Below, piece after piece: positions 18,435-27,935 of a stretch of DNA of 64,000 bases. Location of the stretch: NCBI GenBank assembly GCA_965221955.1, contig CBDCTA010000028.1, forward strand, positions 118,700-182,699, in the 5' to 3' direction. Position numbers and translations under genes: made by a program. Below the pieces are notes generated by a model, which saw only the letters and a list, made by a program, of their open reading frames with translations, made no database searches and was not told where the DNA came from. This DNA comes from Gammaproteobacteria bacterium (lineage in GTDB: Bacteria; Pseudomonadota; Gammaproteobacteria; UBA4575). Positions within the stretch are counted from its first letter, which is position 1; the number at the start of each line of letters is the position of its first letter.

Positions 18435-19700
18435 ATGCAATTTAAAACTGTAACCTGTCCACATTGTGGGCTGCTGTGTGACGATCTGGAAATCAACGTT
18501 TCAAACTTATCCGTTGAATACACAGGACCCAATGGCCCCAAATGCGAACGAGCTATTCAAGCATTTGATGATGCATCGTTGAATGATAATGAAGTACCAA
18601 AGCCACTCATCTTGGGAAAACCCGTTTCTGAACAACAGGCATTAGAAAAAGCTGCTGAACTATTACGTAACGCCAAACTACCATTAATAAGCGGATTGAT
18701 TGCAGATGTTCAAGCCAACAGAGAAGCGATCGCACTAACAGAAAAAATTGCTGGTGTCATAGACCACGAGAATGGGAGCGCGCTACGTAAAGGCGTAGCA
18801 GTAATGCAGCGCATGGGTGAAGTGCGTACTACACTAGCAGAAGTACGCAACCGAGCAGATTGTGTTGTGATTTTTGGTAACAAGATCACTACAAAATTTC
18901 CTCGTTTATTACCTCGAATATTGAGCCCAGAAAAAGCCTTAAGTAACGAAAATTATAAAAATAAAAAAATATTTATTCTTGATATTTCAAACGATGGAAT
19001 AACCCAATGTGAAGTTGAAAATAATATCACTCACGTGAAGTTCAATTATCCATTAATTGAATCTCTTGTTTATCGCTTTCAAGAAGTTATTACTCGACCA
19101 AAAGAATATTTCACAGATCGCGATCTACAGACTGAAGAGCTTTTTAAAATACTGGATACTATTTTATCCAGTCAGTACACAACTATTGTCTGGAGCACTA
19201 GTGATTTTAATCCAGAATCTGCTGAACACACCATACAAGCATTAACTGAAACGATTAAAACATTAATGAAAAATGTTCGTTGTGTAGGGTTACCTCTTGG
19301 CGGCTCCAAAGGCGAAATGACGGCAAATCAAGTTTCGACATGGCAAACGGGAGTCGCTTTACCTGTTTCTTTTGCGCAAGGCACTCCTATCCATGACCCT
19401 GTGTTATACGATGGAATGAAAATGTTGAAAAACTCAGAAACCGATTGCTTATTATGGGTGGCTACTTATAACTCGGAAAACATCCCACCTGAAAACAACA
19501 TCCCAACTATTTTATTGGGTCACCCAAAAATAAAATATGAGCATGCTGAAGTTTATCTTCCTGTTGGTGTACCTGGGATTGATCACCGCGGTTTGGCTTG
19601 TCGTACAGATAACGTTGCAACACTACCCTTACACGCACTTCGTGAAAGCAAGCTTTCTCCTGCAAACACTCTTTTAAATAAACTTATTCAGCTAATCTAA
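18435..19700 (+). CDS. fhcB: Formyltransferase/hydrolase complex subunit B (degenerate FwdB homolog)
   Basis: CPHCGLLCDD and TTLAEVRNRAD are kept, but CH and RGHxNV are replaced by DHENGS and GGSKGE; WQTG and GVPGIDH present. Confidence 0.9.
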   Translation: MQFKTVTCPHCGLLCDDLEINVSNLSVEYTGPNGPKCERAIQAFDDASLNDNEVPKPLILGKPVSEQQALEKAAELLRNAKLPLISGLIADVQANREAIALTEKIAGVIDHENGSALRKGVAVMQRMGEVRTTLAEVRNRADCVVIFGNKITTKFPRLLPRILSPEKALSNENYKNKKIFILDISNDGITQCEVENNITHVKFNYPLIESLVYRFQEVITRPKEYFTDRDLQTEELFKILDTILSSQYTTIVWSTSDFNPESAEHTIQALTETIKTLMKNVRCVGLPLGGSKGEMTANQVSTWQTGVALPVSFAQGTPIHDPVLYDGMKMLKNSETDCLLWVATYNSENIPPENNIPTILLGHPKIKYEHAEVYLPVGVPGIDHRGLACRTDNVATLPLHALRESKLSPANTLLNKLIQLI

Positions 19701-19705
19701 CTTTT

Positions 19706-21364
19706 ATGGCGATTAAACTTTCAAGTGGCCAAGTGTATGATCCCGCACATCAAGTAGATGGTGAGAATAGAGATTTATATATTGTTGACGGCAAACTGCA
19801 AAGTAATTTATCCGACAGTGAAAAAATAGAACAAACGTATCAATTAGATGATTGCATAGTAATGGCAGGTGCAATCGATTTGCATACACATATAGGTGGT
19901 GGAAAAGTAAATATCGCCCGCACTATGATGTTGGATGATGCACATGATCATCCGCATGCAAGTTCTGAAATTTGCCGTGCTGGCAATGGCCATATCGTAC
20001 CTTCTACATTTAGTACAGGTTATCGTTACGCTGAAATGGGTTACACCGCGTGCTTTGAACCTGCTGTTCTCCCCGTCAATGCTCGACAAGCCCATATGGA
20101 AATGGCTGATACACCTATGGTGGACAAAGGTGGTTACGCAATGTTGGGGAATGACGACTTTTTATTAAACATGATCCACAGTGGCGCAACTCAACAAGCT
20201 ATTAACGACTATGTTGCATGGATATTAGATGCCAGCCAATGTATTGGCATTAAAGTAGTTAACGCTGGTGGCATTCATGCCTTTAAATATAATCAACGAA
20301 GACTTGATATAGATGAGACCGGCCCTGCAGGCAGCAAACCTCGAGAAATCATTAACAAACTTAGTAGAGCCGTGCATGATCTTGGACTTGCGCACCCTTT
20401 ACATGTTCACGCAAGTAACTTAGGTGTACCTGGTAACTTTGAGTCAACACTGGCTACCATGTCTGCAGCGGATGGTTTACCGATCCATCTCACACATATT
20501 CAGTTTCATAGTTATGGCACTGAAGGTGACTATAAGTTTTCTTCAGCGGCCTGCGAAATTGCAGAAGCCATTAACTACAATAAAAATGTTACCGCAGATG
20601 TTGGGCAAATCATGTTTGGCCAAACCATCACAACCTCTGGCGACACCATGATGCAGTATTTTGGCCATGATCATGCTTCACCAAAAAAATGGACAGTGAT
20701 GGACATTGAATGCGAAGCAGGCTGCGGTGTGATTCCATTTAAATATCGTGATAAAAGTTTTGTAAACGCATTGCAATGGGCCATTGGTTTAGAAATATTT
20801 TTACAAGTAAACGATCCGTGGCGTGTATTTCTCACCACCGATCATCCTAATGGCGCGCCTTTTACAAGCTATCCTCACTTAATAAAACTATTAATGGATC
20901 ACTCATTTAGAAATGATGTATTCAGCATCGTTCATGCTGATGCACAAAAAGCATCAAACTTAGCCGCGATGGATCGCGAATATTCTTTATATGAAATCGC
21001 CATCATGACGCGCGCAGCACCGGCTAAAATATTAGGTTTAAAAGGTCATGGTCATTTAGGTGATGGTGCGCATGCAAATATCACGGTATATCGTAAACAA
21101 GACGATGTTGAACAAATGTTTGCGAAACCTGCTTATGTATTCAAAAACGGCACTTTAATTGTTAAGGATGGCAAAATAATTGAAACGGTTCAAGGCGTCA
21201 CTCATGTAACTAAGCCCGAATACGACCCTGCTATCGAAAAACCATTGAAGAAGTACTTTGATGATTATCAAACTATTTCTCTAAATAACTTTAAAATTTC
21301 AAATGATGAAATGGTAGAATGCATCGGTAGCGACATAGAAACGCATTCTTGTAAGAATAATTAA
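19706..21364 (+). CDS. fhcA: Formyltransferase/hydrolase complex subunit A
   Basis: DLHTHIGGGKVN, KVVNAGG, HVHASNLG, THIQFHSYG and TTDHPNGAP motifs. Confidence 0.93.
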   Translation: MAIKLSSGQVYDPAHQVDGENRDLYIVDGKLQSNLSDSEKIEQTYQLDDCIVMAGAIDLHTHIGGGKVNIARTMMLDDAHDHPHASSEICRAGNGHIVPSTFSTGYRYAEMGYTACFEPAVLPVNARQAHMEMADTPMVDKGGYAMLGNDDFLLNMIHSGATQQAINDYVAWILDASQCIGIKVVNAGGIHAFKYNQRRLDIDETGPAGSKPREIINKLSRAVHDLGLAHPLHVHASNLGVPGNFESTLATMSAADGLPIHLTHIQFHSYGTEGDYKFSSAACEIAEAINYNKNVTADVGQIMFGQTITTSGDTMMQYFGHDHASPKKWTVMDIECEAGCGVIPFKYRDKSFVNALQWAIGLEIFLQVNDPWRVFLTTDHPNGAPFTSYPHLIKLLMDHSFRNDVFSIVHADAQKASNLAAMDREYSLYEIAIMTRAAPAKILGLKGHGHLGDGAHANITVYRKQDDVEQMFAKPAYVFKNGTLIVKDGKIIETVQGVTHVTKPEYDPAIEKPLKKYFDDYQTISLNNFKISNDEMVECIGSDIETHSCKNN

Positions 21365-21368
21365 AACC

Positions 21369-22286
21369 ATGATTATCAATGGCGTTGAAATAGAAGATAC
21401 GTTTGCTGAAGCATTCCCTATGCGTGCAACACGCGTAATAATTACTGCCATCAACTACAAATGGGCGCGCCATGCAGCAGATACAATGACAGGTTTTGCA
21501 ACCTCTGTAATTGGTTGTGGCGTTGAAGCGGGAATTGAAAAAGTGATCGGTAATCACGAAACGCCTGACGGTAGGCCAGGTGTTTCTGTTCTACTATTTT
21601 CTACTGATAAAAAAACGTTAGAAAAACAATTGCAGACACGCATTGGGCAATGCGTGCTGACCTGTCCCACTACTGCAGTTTTTTCCGGTATGGATGGAGA
21701 CGACCAAATTTCACTCGGAAAAAACATTCGTTATTTTGGCGACGGATTTCAAACTTCTAAAAAAATTGGCAACAAAAGATTTTGGCGCGTTCCAGTCATG
21801 GATGGCGAATTTTTATGTGCCGAAAGTACTGGCTACCAAAAAGCTATTGGTGGTGGGAATATTTTAGTTTTTGCGCGCGGTATTTCACATGCATTGCTTG
21901 CTTGTGAAGCTGCTATTGATGCAATCAGCATGTTACCTAACATCATCATGCCGTTTCCTGGCGGTGGTGTGCGTTCTGGTTCAAAAGTTGGATCAAAATA
22001 TAAATTTTTAAGTGCCTCCACTAATCATCCTTATTGCCCTACCTTAAAAGGTCGTCCTGATAATGTGCTTGGAAAAAATATCGAAGCAGCAATGGAAATT
22101 GTTATTGACGGTTTAACTAAAGAAGATGTGTCTTTAGCAATGTATCGTGGTATTGAAGCGATATGCGATCTTGGAAAATCTCAAGGCATCGAAAAAATTA
22201 CTGGTGGTAATTATGGTGGTAAGTTAGGGCCACATCATTTTCATTTAAGAGAAATCATGCATGAGTCTTACAACCGTTACATATAA
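21369..22286 (+). CDS. fhcD: Formylmethanofuran:H4MPT formyltransferase (Fhc subunit D), copy 2
   Basis: IEDTFAEAF, ETPDGRPG, RIGQCVLTCPT and GGNYGGKLG motifs. Confidence 0.93.
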   Translation: MIINGVEIEDTFAEAFPMRATRVIITAINYKWARHAADTMTGFATSVIGCGVEAGIEKVIGNHETPDGRPGVSVLLFSTDKKTLEKQLQTRIGQCVLTCPTTAVFSGMDGDDQISLGKNIRYFGDGFQTSKKIGNKRFWRVPVMDGEFLCAESTGYQKAIGGGNILVFARGISHALLACEAAIDAISMLPNIIMPFPGGGVRSGSKVGSKYKFLSASTNHPYCPTLKGRPDNVLGKNIEAAMEIVIDGLTKEDVSLAMYRGIEAICDLGKSQGIEKITGGNYGGKLGPHHFHLREIMHESYNRYI

Positions 22287-23097
22287 AAGCGACTCAAATA
22301 AAGAACCGCAATTTCGCTTAGATATGCACTGGCTTAGTAATGCGATTGATTGTGCCTGCAGCAGTGATGATGCCAAAAAACTTACTCTACAGATTGGTAA
22401 CGAAACATCGCCAGTTGGTGATCATTTTGAGATAGAGGGAAACTTTGATCAACAAACGATTCGTTTAGAAAATGCAAATCAAAAGATGGATTTTGTTGGC
22501 TACGCTTTACCTGAAAACATAGAACTTAATGTTGCAGGCGATGTAGGTCATTATGCTGGCAGTTCCTTAAAGGGTGGTAAATTAAAAATTCAAGGAAATG
22601 TCGATGACTTTGCTGGCTGCGAGATGTCCAAGGGAGTGCTTGAAATCAACGGCAATGCTGGCGACTACTTAGGTGGTGCACAGGCAGGAAATAAAAAAGG
22701 CATGTCCGGAGGTTCTATCCTTGTACATGGTAACAGTAATCATTTCACAGGAGATCTAATGCGCCGTGGCACTATCATGGTAGTGGGCAATATTGGCGAT
22801 TACTGTGCTAGCCGAATGATTGCTGGCACAATTGCGAATTTGGGCACCATAGGCAAACAAGTTGGGGTCGGTATGCGCAGAGGAACGATTCTATTACCCC
22901 ACAAACCCAAAGATGTGATCACTGGATTTCATGATTGTGGGCGTCACAACTTAGGCTATTTAACGCTACTTCTGCATGAGATCAGAAGCTTTGAAAGCAC
23001 CTTCCAGTCTCTTCATCCTATGAGACGGCGTGTTCAGCGTTATTTAGGCGATACTGCGGTAGGTGGACAAGGGGAAATGCTAATTTGGATTGGCTGA
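22261..23097 (+). CDS. fhcC: Formyltransferase/hydrolase complex subunit C
   Basis: GXGXG beta-helix repeats, MRRGTI and RYLGDxAVGGQGE motifs. Confidence 0.9.
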   Translation: MSLTTVTYKSDSNKEPQFRLDMHWLSNAIDCACSSDDAKKLTLQIGNETSPVGDHFEIEGNFDQQTIRLENANQKMDFVGYALPENIELNVAGDVGHYAGSSLKGGKLKIQGNVDDFAGCEMSKGVLEINGNAGDYLGGAQAGNKKGMSGGSILVHGNSNHFTGDLMRRGTIMVVGNIGDYCASRMIAGTIANLGTIGKQVGVGMRRGTILLPHKPKDVITGFHDCGRHNLGYLTLLLHEIRSFESTFQSLHPMRRRVQRYLGDTAVGGQGEMLIWIG

Positions 23098-23205
23098 GCA
23101 TTGTCTAATTGACATTTGGTATATACGATTTTTCCTTCTTAGCCCGTAGACTAATATCTTGGATTATATAAATAAGTATAAAACGATAGGAGTTCACAAC
23201 AAGCA

Positions 23206-24882
23206 ATGGATAAAACAGTTACACGTAAACGTAATAAAATGCGAGGCGAAAAGCGCGGCCGACGTGTAGACCTTAATGTCTTAGAACAAATCCGTGAGCT
23301 ACTATCTCCTCTGCCTCAGCGACGTGATTTACTCATCGAATACTTGCATTTAATCCAAGATAAATACGGCCACATATCAGCGGCTCACATCACAGCTCTT
23401 GCAAGTGAAATGAAACTCGCCACCACTGAAATCTATGAGGTTGCAACGTTTTATCATCATTTTGATGTAATCAAAGAAGGCCAAACCCCTCCTCCGCCAT
23501 TGACGGTACGTGTTTGTGATTCGATCAGTTGCCAAATGAATGATGCCGAAACTTTAGTACGTGAATTAGAAAATTTTTATAAAAAAGATGTGCGCATCCA
23601 ACGTGTACCATGCGTAGGAAGATGTGCAGAGGCCCCTATTGCAGTAGTTGGAAAAAATCCTATTCAACATGCAACGCTTGAAAAGGTTTGTGCAACGGTT
23701 GATAAAGGTGAAACCGAAGCAGCTGTAGCTGAACATATTACTTATAACAACTATGTAAACAGTGGCGGCTATGAATTATTAAAACGTTCGTTTGACAGCA
23801 CCGATTCGGCGGAAAAAATTATTGAAATCATGAAAGACTCGGGTCTGCGCGGTTTGGGTGGAGCGGGATTTCCTGCTGGACTGAAATGGGAAATTGTTCG
23901 CAATTATGAAGGTCCACGTGTATTAGCAGTCAATATTGACGAAGGTGAGCCTGGAACATTTAAAGATCGTTATTTTTTAGAAAAAGATCCGCACCGATTT
24001 ATTGAAGGTGCATTAATCGCGGCACAGGTAGTAGGTATCGATGAAATTTATATTTATTTGCGAGATGAGTATCAAGGTTGCTACACCACTTTGCTACATG
24101 AGCTCGATGAACTAAAGAAAGACCCTCCCTTGCAATTACCGCATATTGAATTACGCCGTGGTGCAGGTGCTTATATTTGTGGCGAAGAGTCCGCCATGAT
24201 CGAATCGATTGAAGGCAAACGCGGAATGCCACGTTTACGACCTCCTTTTGTTGCTGAAGTAGGTGTGTTTGGAAGACCTACACTTGAACACAATTTAGAA
24301 ACTCTTTTCTGGGTACGCGACATTATTGAAAAAGGTGCTGATTGGTTTACTTCACATGGTCGCAATGAAAGAAAAGGCTTACGTTCATTTTCAGTAAGCG
24401 GGCGTGTTAAAAAGCCTGGTGTACATGTTACTGATGCAGGGATCACGATTAATGAACTGATCGAGGAACATTGCGGCGGTATGTTAGATGGACATGAATT
24501 CTATGGTTACTTTCCTGGCGGTGCTTCAGGTGGAATTCTGCCTGCTTCTATGGGTGATATCCCTTTAGACTTTGACACATTAAATGAACATGGCTGTTTC
24601 ATCGGTTCGGCAGCGATCATCATTTTTTCAGACAAAGACAAAGCGCGTGACCTAGCCCAAAACGCTATGGAATTCTTTTCACATGAGTCATGTGGAAAGT
24701 GCACACCTTGCAGAGTTGGCACTTCCAAAGCGGCCATGCTGATGAAAAAACCAAAGTGGGATCAATCACTGATGCAAGAGCTTTCGCAAACCATGAATGA
24801 CGCTTCAATTTGTGGATTAGGACAAGCTGCATCAAATCCGATGACATCGGTAATAAATTATTTCCCTAAAGAACTCGATTAA
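23206..24882 (+). CDS. NAD-dependent formate dehydrogenase beta subunit (NuoE+NuoF-like; FMN, FeS)
   Basis: RVCDSISC and CVGRC [2Fe-2S], SGLRGLGGAGFP, DEGEPGTFKD, GAGAYICGEE and ESCGKCTPCR; architecture of methylotroph Fdh1B. Confidence 0.9.
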   Translation: MDKTVTRKRNKMRGEKRGRRVDLNVLEQIRELLSPLPQRRDLLIEYLHLIQDKYGHISAAHITALASEMKLATTEIYEVATFYHHFDVIKEGQTPPPPLTVRVCDSISCQMNDAETLVRELENFYKKDVRIQRVPCVGRCAEAPIAVVGKNPIQHATLEKVCATVDKGETEAAVAEHITYNNYVNSGGYELLKRSFDSTDSAEKIIEIMKDSGLRGLGGAGFPAGLKWEIVRNYEGPRVLAVNIDEGEPGTFKDRYFLEKDPHRFIEGALIAAQVVGIDEIYIYLRDEYQGCYTTLLHELDELKKDPPLQLPHIELRRGAGAYICGEESAMIESIEGKRGMPRLRPPFVAEVGVFGRPTLEHNLETLFWVRDIIEKGADWFTSHGRNERKGLRSFSVSGRVKKPGVHVTDAGITINELIEEHCGGMLDGHEFYGYFPGGASGGILPASMGDIPLDFDTLNEHGCFIGSAAIIIFSDKDKARDLAQNAMEFFSHESCGKCTPCRVGTSKAAMLMKKPKWDQSLMQELSQTMNDASICGLGQAASNPMTSVINYFPKELD

Positions 24883-24902
24883 GGAATGTTGGAGAAAAAG
24901 TA

Positions 24903-27656
24903 ATGGCTGCAAATCCAGAACAATTAGAGGATTTCAAAACAGTAGAGTTTTCGCTTAACGGTGAAAAGATAAAAGCCTATGAAAGCGAAAGTATTTTGGA
25001 AGCCGCTAAACGTCACGGTGTAGACATTCCTCACTTATGCTATAAGCCTGGTATGCGTGCAGATGGAAATTGTCGTGCTTGCATGGTTGAAATCGAAGGT
25101 GAACGTGTTTTACAACCTTCTTGTGTGCGTACTCCAACGGAGGGAATGGTAGTTAACACTGAAAATGAACGTGTTAACCATTCTCAAAAAATGGTGTTGG
25201 AGTTGCTCCAATCCGATATGGCCGAAAGTCAATACACACTCAATAGTGAACTTGATCATTGGTCTAAAGAGCTAGAAGTAGGTTTACCTCGTTTTGAGTC
25301 ACGCCATAATCCCGAACAAGATTTATCTCACCCTGCGATTGCAGTGAATTTAGATGCATGTATTCAATGCACACGATGTGTACGTGCCTGCAGAGAAGAA
25401 CAAAACAATGATGTCATTGGTTATGCAAATCGTGGCGCTCACTCTGAAATTGTATTTGATATCCAAGATCCAATGGGCGACAGTACTTGTGTCGCATGTG
25501 GAGAATGCGTGCAAGCTTGTCCTACGGGAGCATTAATGCCTTCGCAACAGTTAGGCATGCTAGAGCCTGACCGTAAAGTTGAATCAACATGCCCTTATTG
25601 TGGTGTAGGTTGTTTACTTACTTACAATATTAAAGATGAAAAAATTATTTATGTAGAAGGACGCGACGGACCAGCAAACAAAAGTAGATTGTGCGTTAAA
25701 GGCCGCTACGGATTTGACTATGTACATCATGTCGGACGCATCACAAAGCCGCTCATTCGAAAACAAGGTGTTTCAAAAGATATAGGCAATCTTGAATCAC
25801 TAAGCTACAAGGACATCGATCAATATTTCCGCGAAGCTACCTGGGACGAAGCGCTCGACCTTGCTGCAAAAGGCTTAGTCGATATTCGAGATCAGCATGG
25901 CCCTAACGCCTTAGCGGGATTTGGTTCTGCAAAAGGCTCCAACGAAGAAGCTTATTTGTTCCAAAAATTAGTTCGCACTGGTTTTAAAACCAACAATGTT
26001 GATCACTGCACACGCTTATGTCATGCCTCTTCTGTTGTAGCATTACTTGAAGGAATTGGCTCTGGCGCAGTTTCAAATCCGGTTGAAGATGTTTCTAGAG
26101 CAGATGTAATCGTAATTATTGGTTCGAATACAACTGAAAATCACCCTGTAGCGGCAACTTTTGTTAAAAACGCAAAACGTAATGGTGCAAAATTAATTGT
26201 TATGGACCCAAGGCGGTCCGACATCGCTCGCCATGCCGATTATTTTTTACAGTTCAAACCTGACACAGATGTGGCCATGTTAAATGGCATCATGAACTCT
26301 ATTATTAAGCAAAACTTGCTAGATAAAGAATTTATTAAAAACCGCACGGAGAATTTTGCAGAGTTTGCAAAACATATACTTAAGTACACTCCAGAAAAAG
26401 TTGAAAAAATCTGTGGTATCCCTGCAGCGACGCTACATGAAGTTGCAAAAATTTATGCAAGCTCTAACGCTTCTATCATTTTCTGGGGTATGGGTGTATC
26501 CCAACATATCCATGGTACTGACAACGCACGCTGCTTGATCGCACTTTCTATGATGACAGGTCAAATTGGTCGACCTGGTACAGGCTTACATCCACTACGC
26601 GGTCAGAACAATGTGCAAGGCGCTTCCGATGTAGGATTAATACCAATGGTTTTCCCAGATTATCAGCGTGTAGACAGCCCTGAAGCACACTCGCGTTTTG
26701 AAAAATTATGGGACACTGAATTAGATGACAACCCTGGTTTAACGGTTGTGGAAATTATGCACGCCATATCAGATGGAAACTTACATGGAATGTATATTAT
26801 GGGTGAAAATCCAGCAATGTCTGACCCGAACTTAAACCATGCTCGCAAAGCACTTGCAACGCTTAAACATTTAGTTGTGCAAGATATTTTTATGACTGAA
26901 ACTGCATGGTTTGCAGATGTCATCCTTCCTGCATCGGCTTTTCCAGAAAAAACAGGAACCTTCACTAATACAGACCGTCGTGTTCAATTAGGCAGACAAG
27001 CATTAATGCCTCCAGGTGAAGCAAAACAAGATTTATGGCTCATTAATGAAATTGCGAATCGTATGGGACTCGATTGGAAATACCACCACCCATCTGATGT
27101 GTTTAACGAAATGCGTCAAGGCATGGATAGCATTAAAGGTATGACATGGGAGCGCTTAGAAGAACAACATTCAATAACATATCCGTGTGAAGAAGAAAAT
27201 GACCCTGGACAAAGTGTAATTTTTACAGATGACTTTCCGACCGAAAATGGCAGAGGTAAGTTTGTACCTGCAGAATTCACCAATGCTGATGAATTACCGG
27301 ATCAAGAATATCCCTTTATATTGGTCACAGGTCGACAATTGGAACACTGGCATACCGGCTCAATGACACGTCGTGCAAGTATGCTCGATGCAATAGAACC
27401 CGTACCGGTTGCAAGCATTAATCCTAATGATCTTGCCAAACTAGGTCTCAATGCGGGTGACAGAATTAAGTTATCCTCTAGACGCGGAGAAATTGAATGC
27501 TTTGCACGTGAGGAACATGGGGTTAACCCAGGACAAGTGTTTATGCCTTTCTGCTATCGAGAAGCTGCAGCAAACTTACTGACAAATGAAGCACTGGACC
27601 CCTTTGGGAAAATACCAGAATTCAAGTTTTGTGCACTGCAAGTAGCTCCCGCATAA
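24903..27656 (+). CDS. Formate dehydrogenase alpha subunit (W/Mo-bisPGD, Cys ligand; Fdh1A-like)
   Basis: N-terminal FeS motifs (NCRAC, CIQCTRCVRAC, CVACGECVQACP), CPYCGVGC, DHCTRLCHASS, RGQNNVQG and KIPEFK. Confidence 0.93.
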   Translation: MAANPEQLEDFKTVEFSLNGEKIKAYESESILEAAKRHGVDIPHLCYKPGMRADGNCRACMVEIEGERVLQPSCVRTPTEGMVVNTENERVNHSQKMVLELLQSDMAESQYTLNSELDHWSKELEVGLPRFESRHNPEQDLSHPAIAVNLDACIQCTRCVRACREEQNNDVIGYANRGAHSEIVFDIQDPMGDSTCVACGECVQACPTGALMPSQQLGMLEPDRKVESTCPYCGVGCLLTYNIKDEKIIYVEGRDGPANKSRLCVKGRYGFDYVHHVGRITKPLIRKQGVSKDIGNLESLSYKDIDQYFREATWDEALDLAAKGLVDIRDQHGPNALAGFGSAKGSNEEAYLFQKLVRTGFKTNNVDHCTRLCHASSVVALLEGIGSGAVSNPVEDVSRADVIVIIGSNTTENHPVAATFVKNAKRNGAKLIVMDPRRSDIARHADYFLQFKPDTDVAMLNGIMNSIIKQNLLDKEFIKNRTENFAEFAKHILKYTPEKVEKICGIPAATLHEVAKIYASSNASIIFWGMGVSQHIHGTDNARCLIALSMMTGQIGRPGTGLHPLRGQNNVQGASDVGLIPMVFPDYQRVDSPEAHSRFEKLWDTELDDNPGLTVVEIMHAISDGNLHGMYIMGENPAMSDPNLNHARKALATLKHLVVQDIFMTETAWFADVILPASAFPEKTGTFTNTDRRVQLGRQALMPPGEAKQDLWLINEIANRMGLDWKYHHPSDVFNEMRQGMDSIKGMTWERLEEQHSITYPCEEENDPGQSVIFTDDFPTENGRGKFVPAEFTNADELPDQEYPFILVTGRQLEHWHTGSMTRRASMLDAIEPVPVASINPNDLAKLGLNAGDRIKLSSRRGEIECFAREEHGVNPGQVFMPFCYREAAANLLTNEALDPFGKIPEFKFCALQVAPA

Positions 27657-27935
27657 TTACTTATACATTCATAAAACAATCCTGACTAGCTCACTAGTTC
27701 TTCTGGTTGTGTGAAAGAAGATAGCTTGCTTAGCTACTTACCCCCTACGCCCTATTGAAGCATTCTCTAATATAGGCCAGAATCCGCCGCTTCCTCGATT
27801 TTCGAAGGTTTTAATGGACGAACGGAAGCATTTTGGGCTTCCTCTCTAGGCACAATCAAGTAGACTTGCGCCCCAATTAATACACTTTAAATTTTTTACG
27901 GAACTTATTGAATATATTACATAAAGGTAACGGTA

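Noticed and set aside
24903-27656. Selenocysteine in FDH alpha (or FwdB)
   Set aside because: Both active sites encode Cys (RLCHAS; SVCHGP) with no in-frame TGA.
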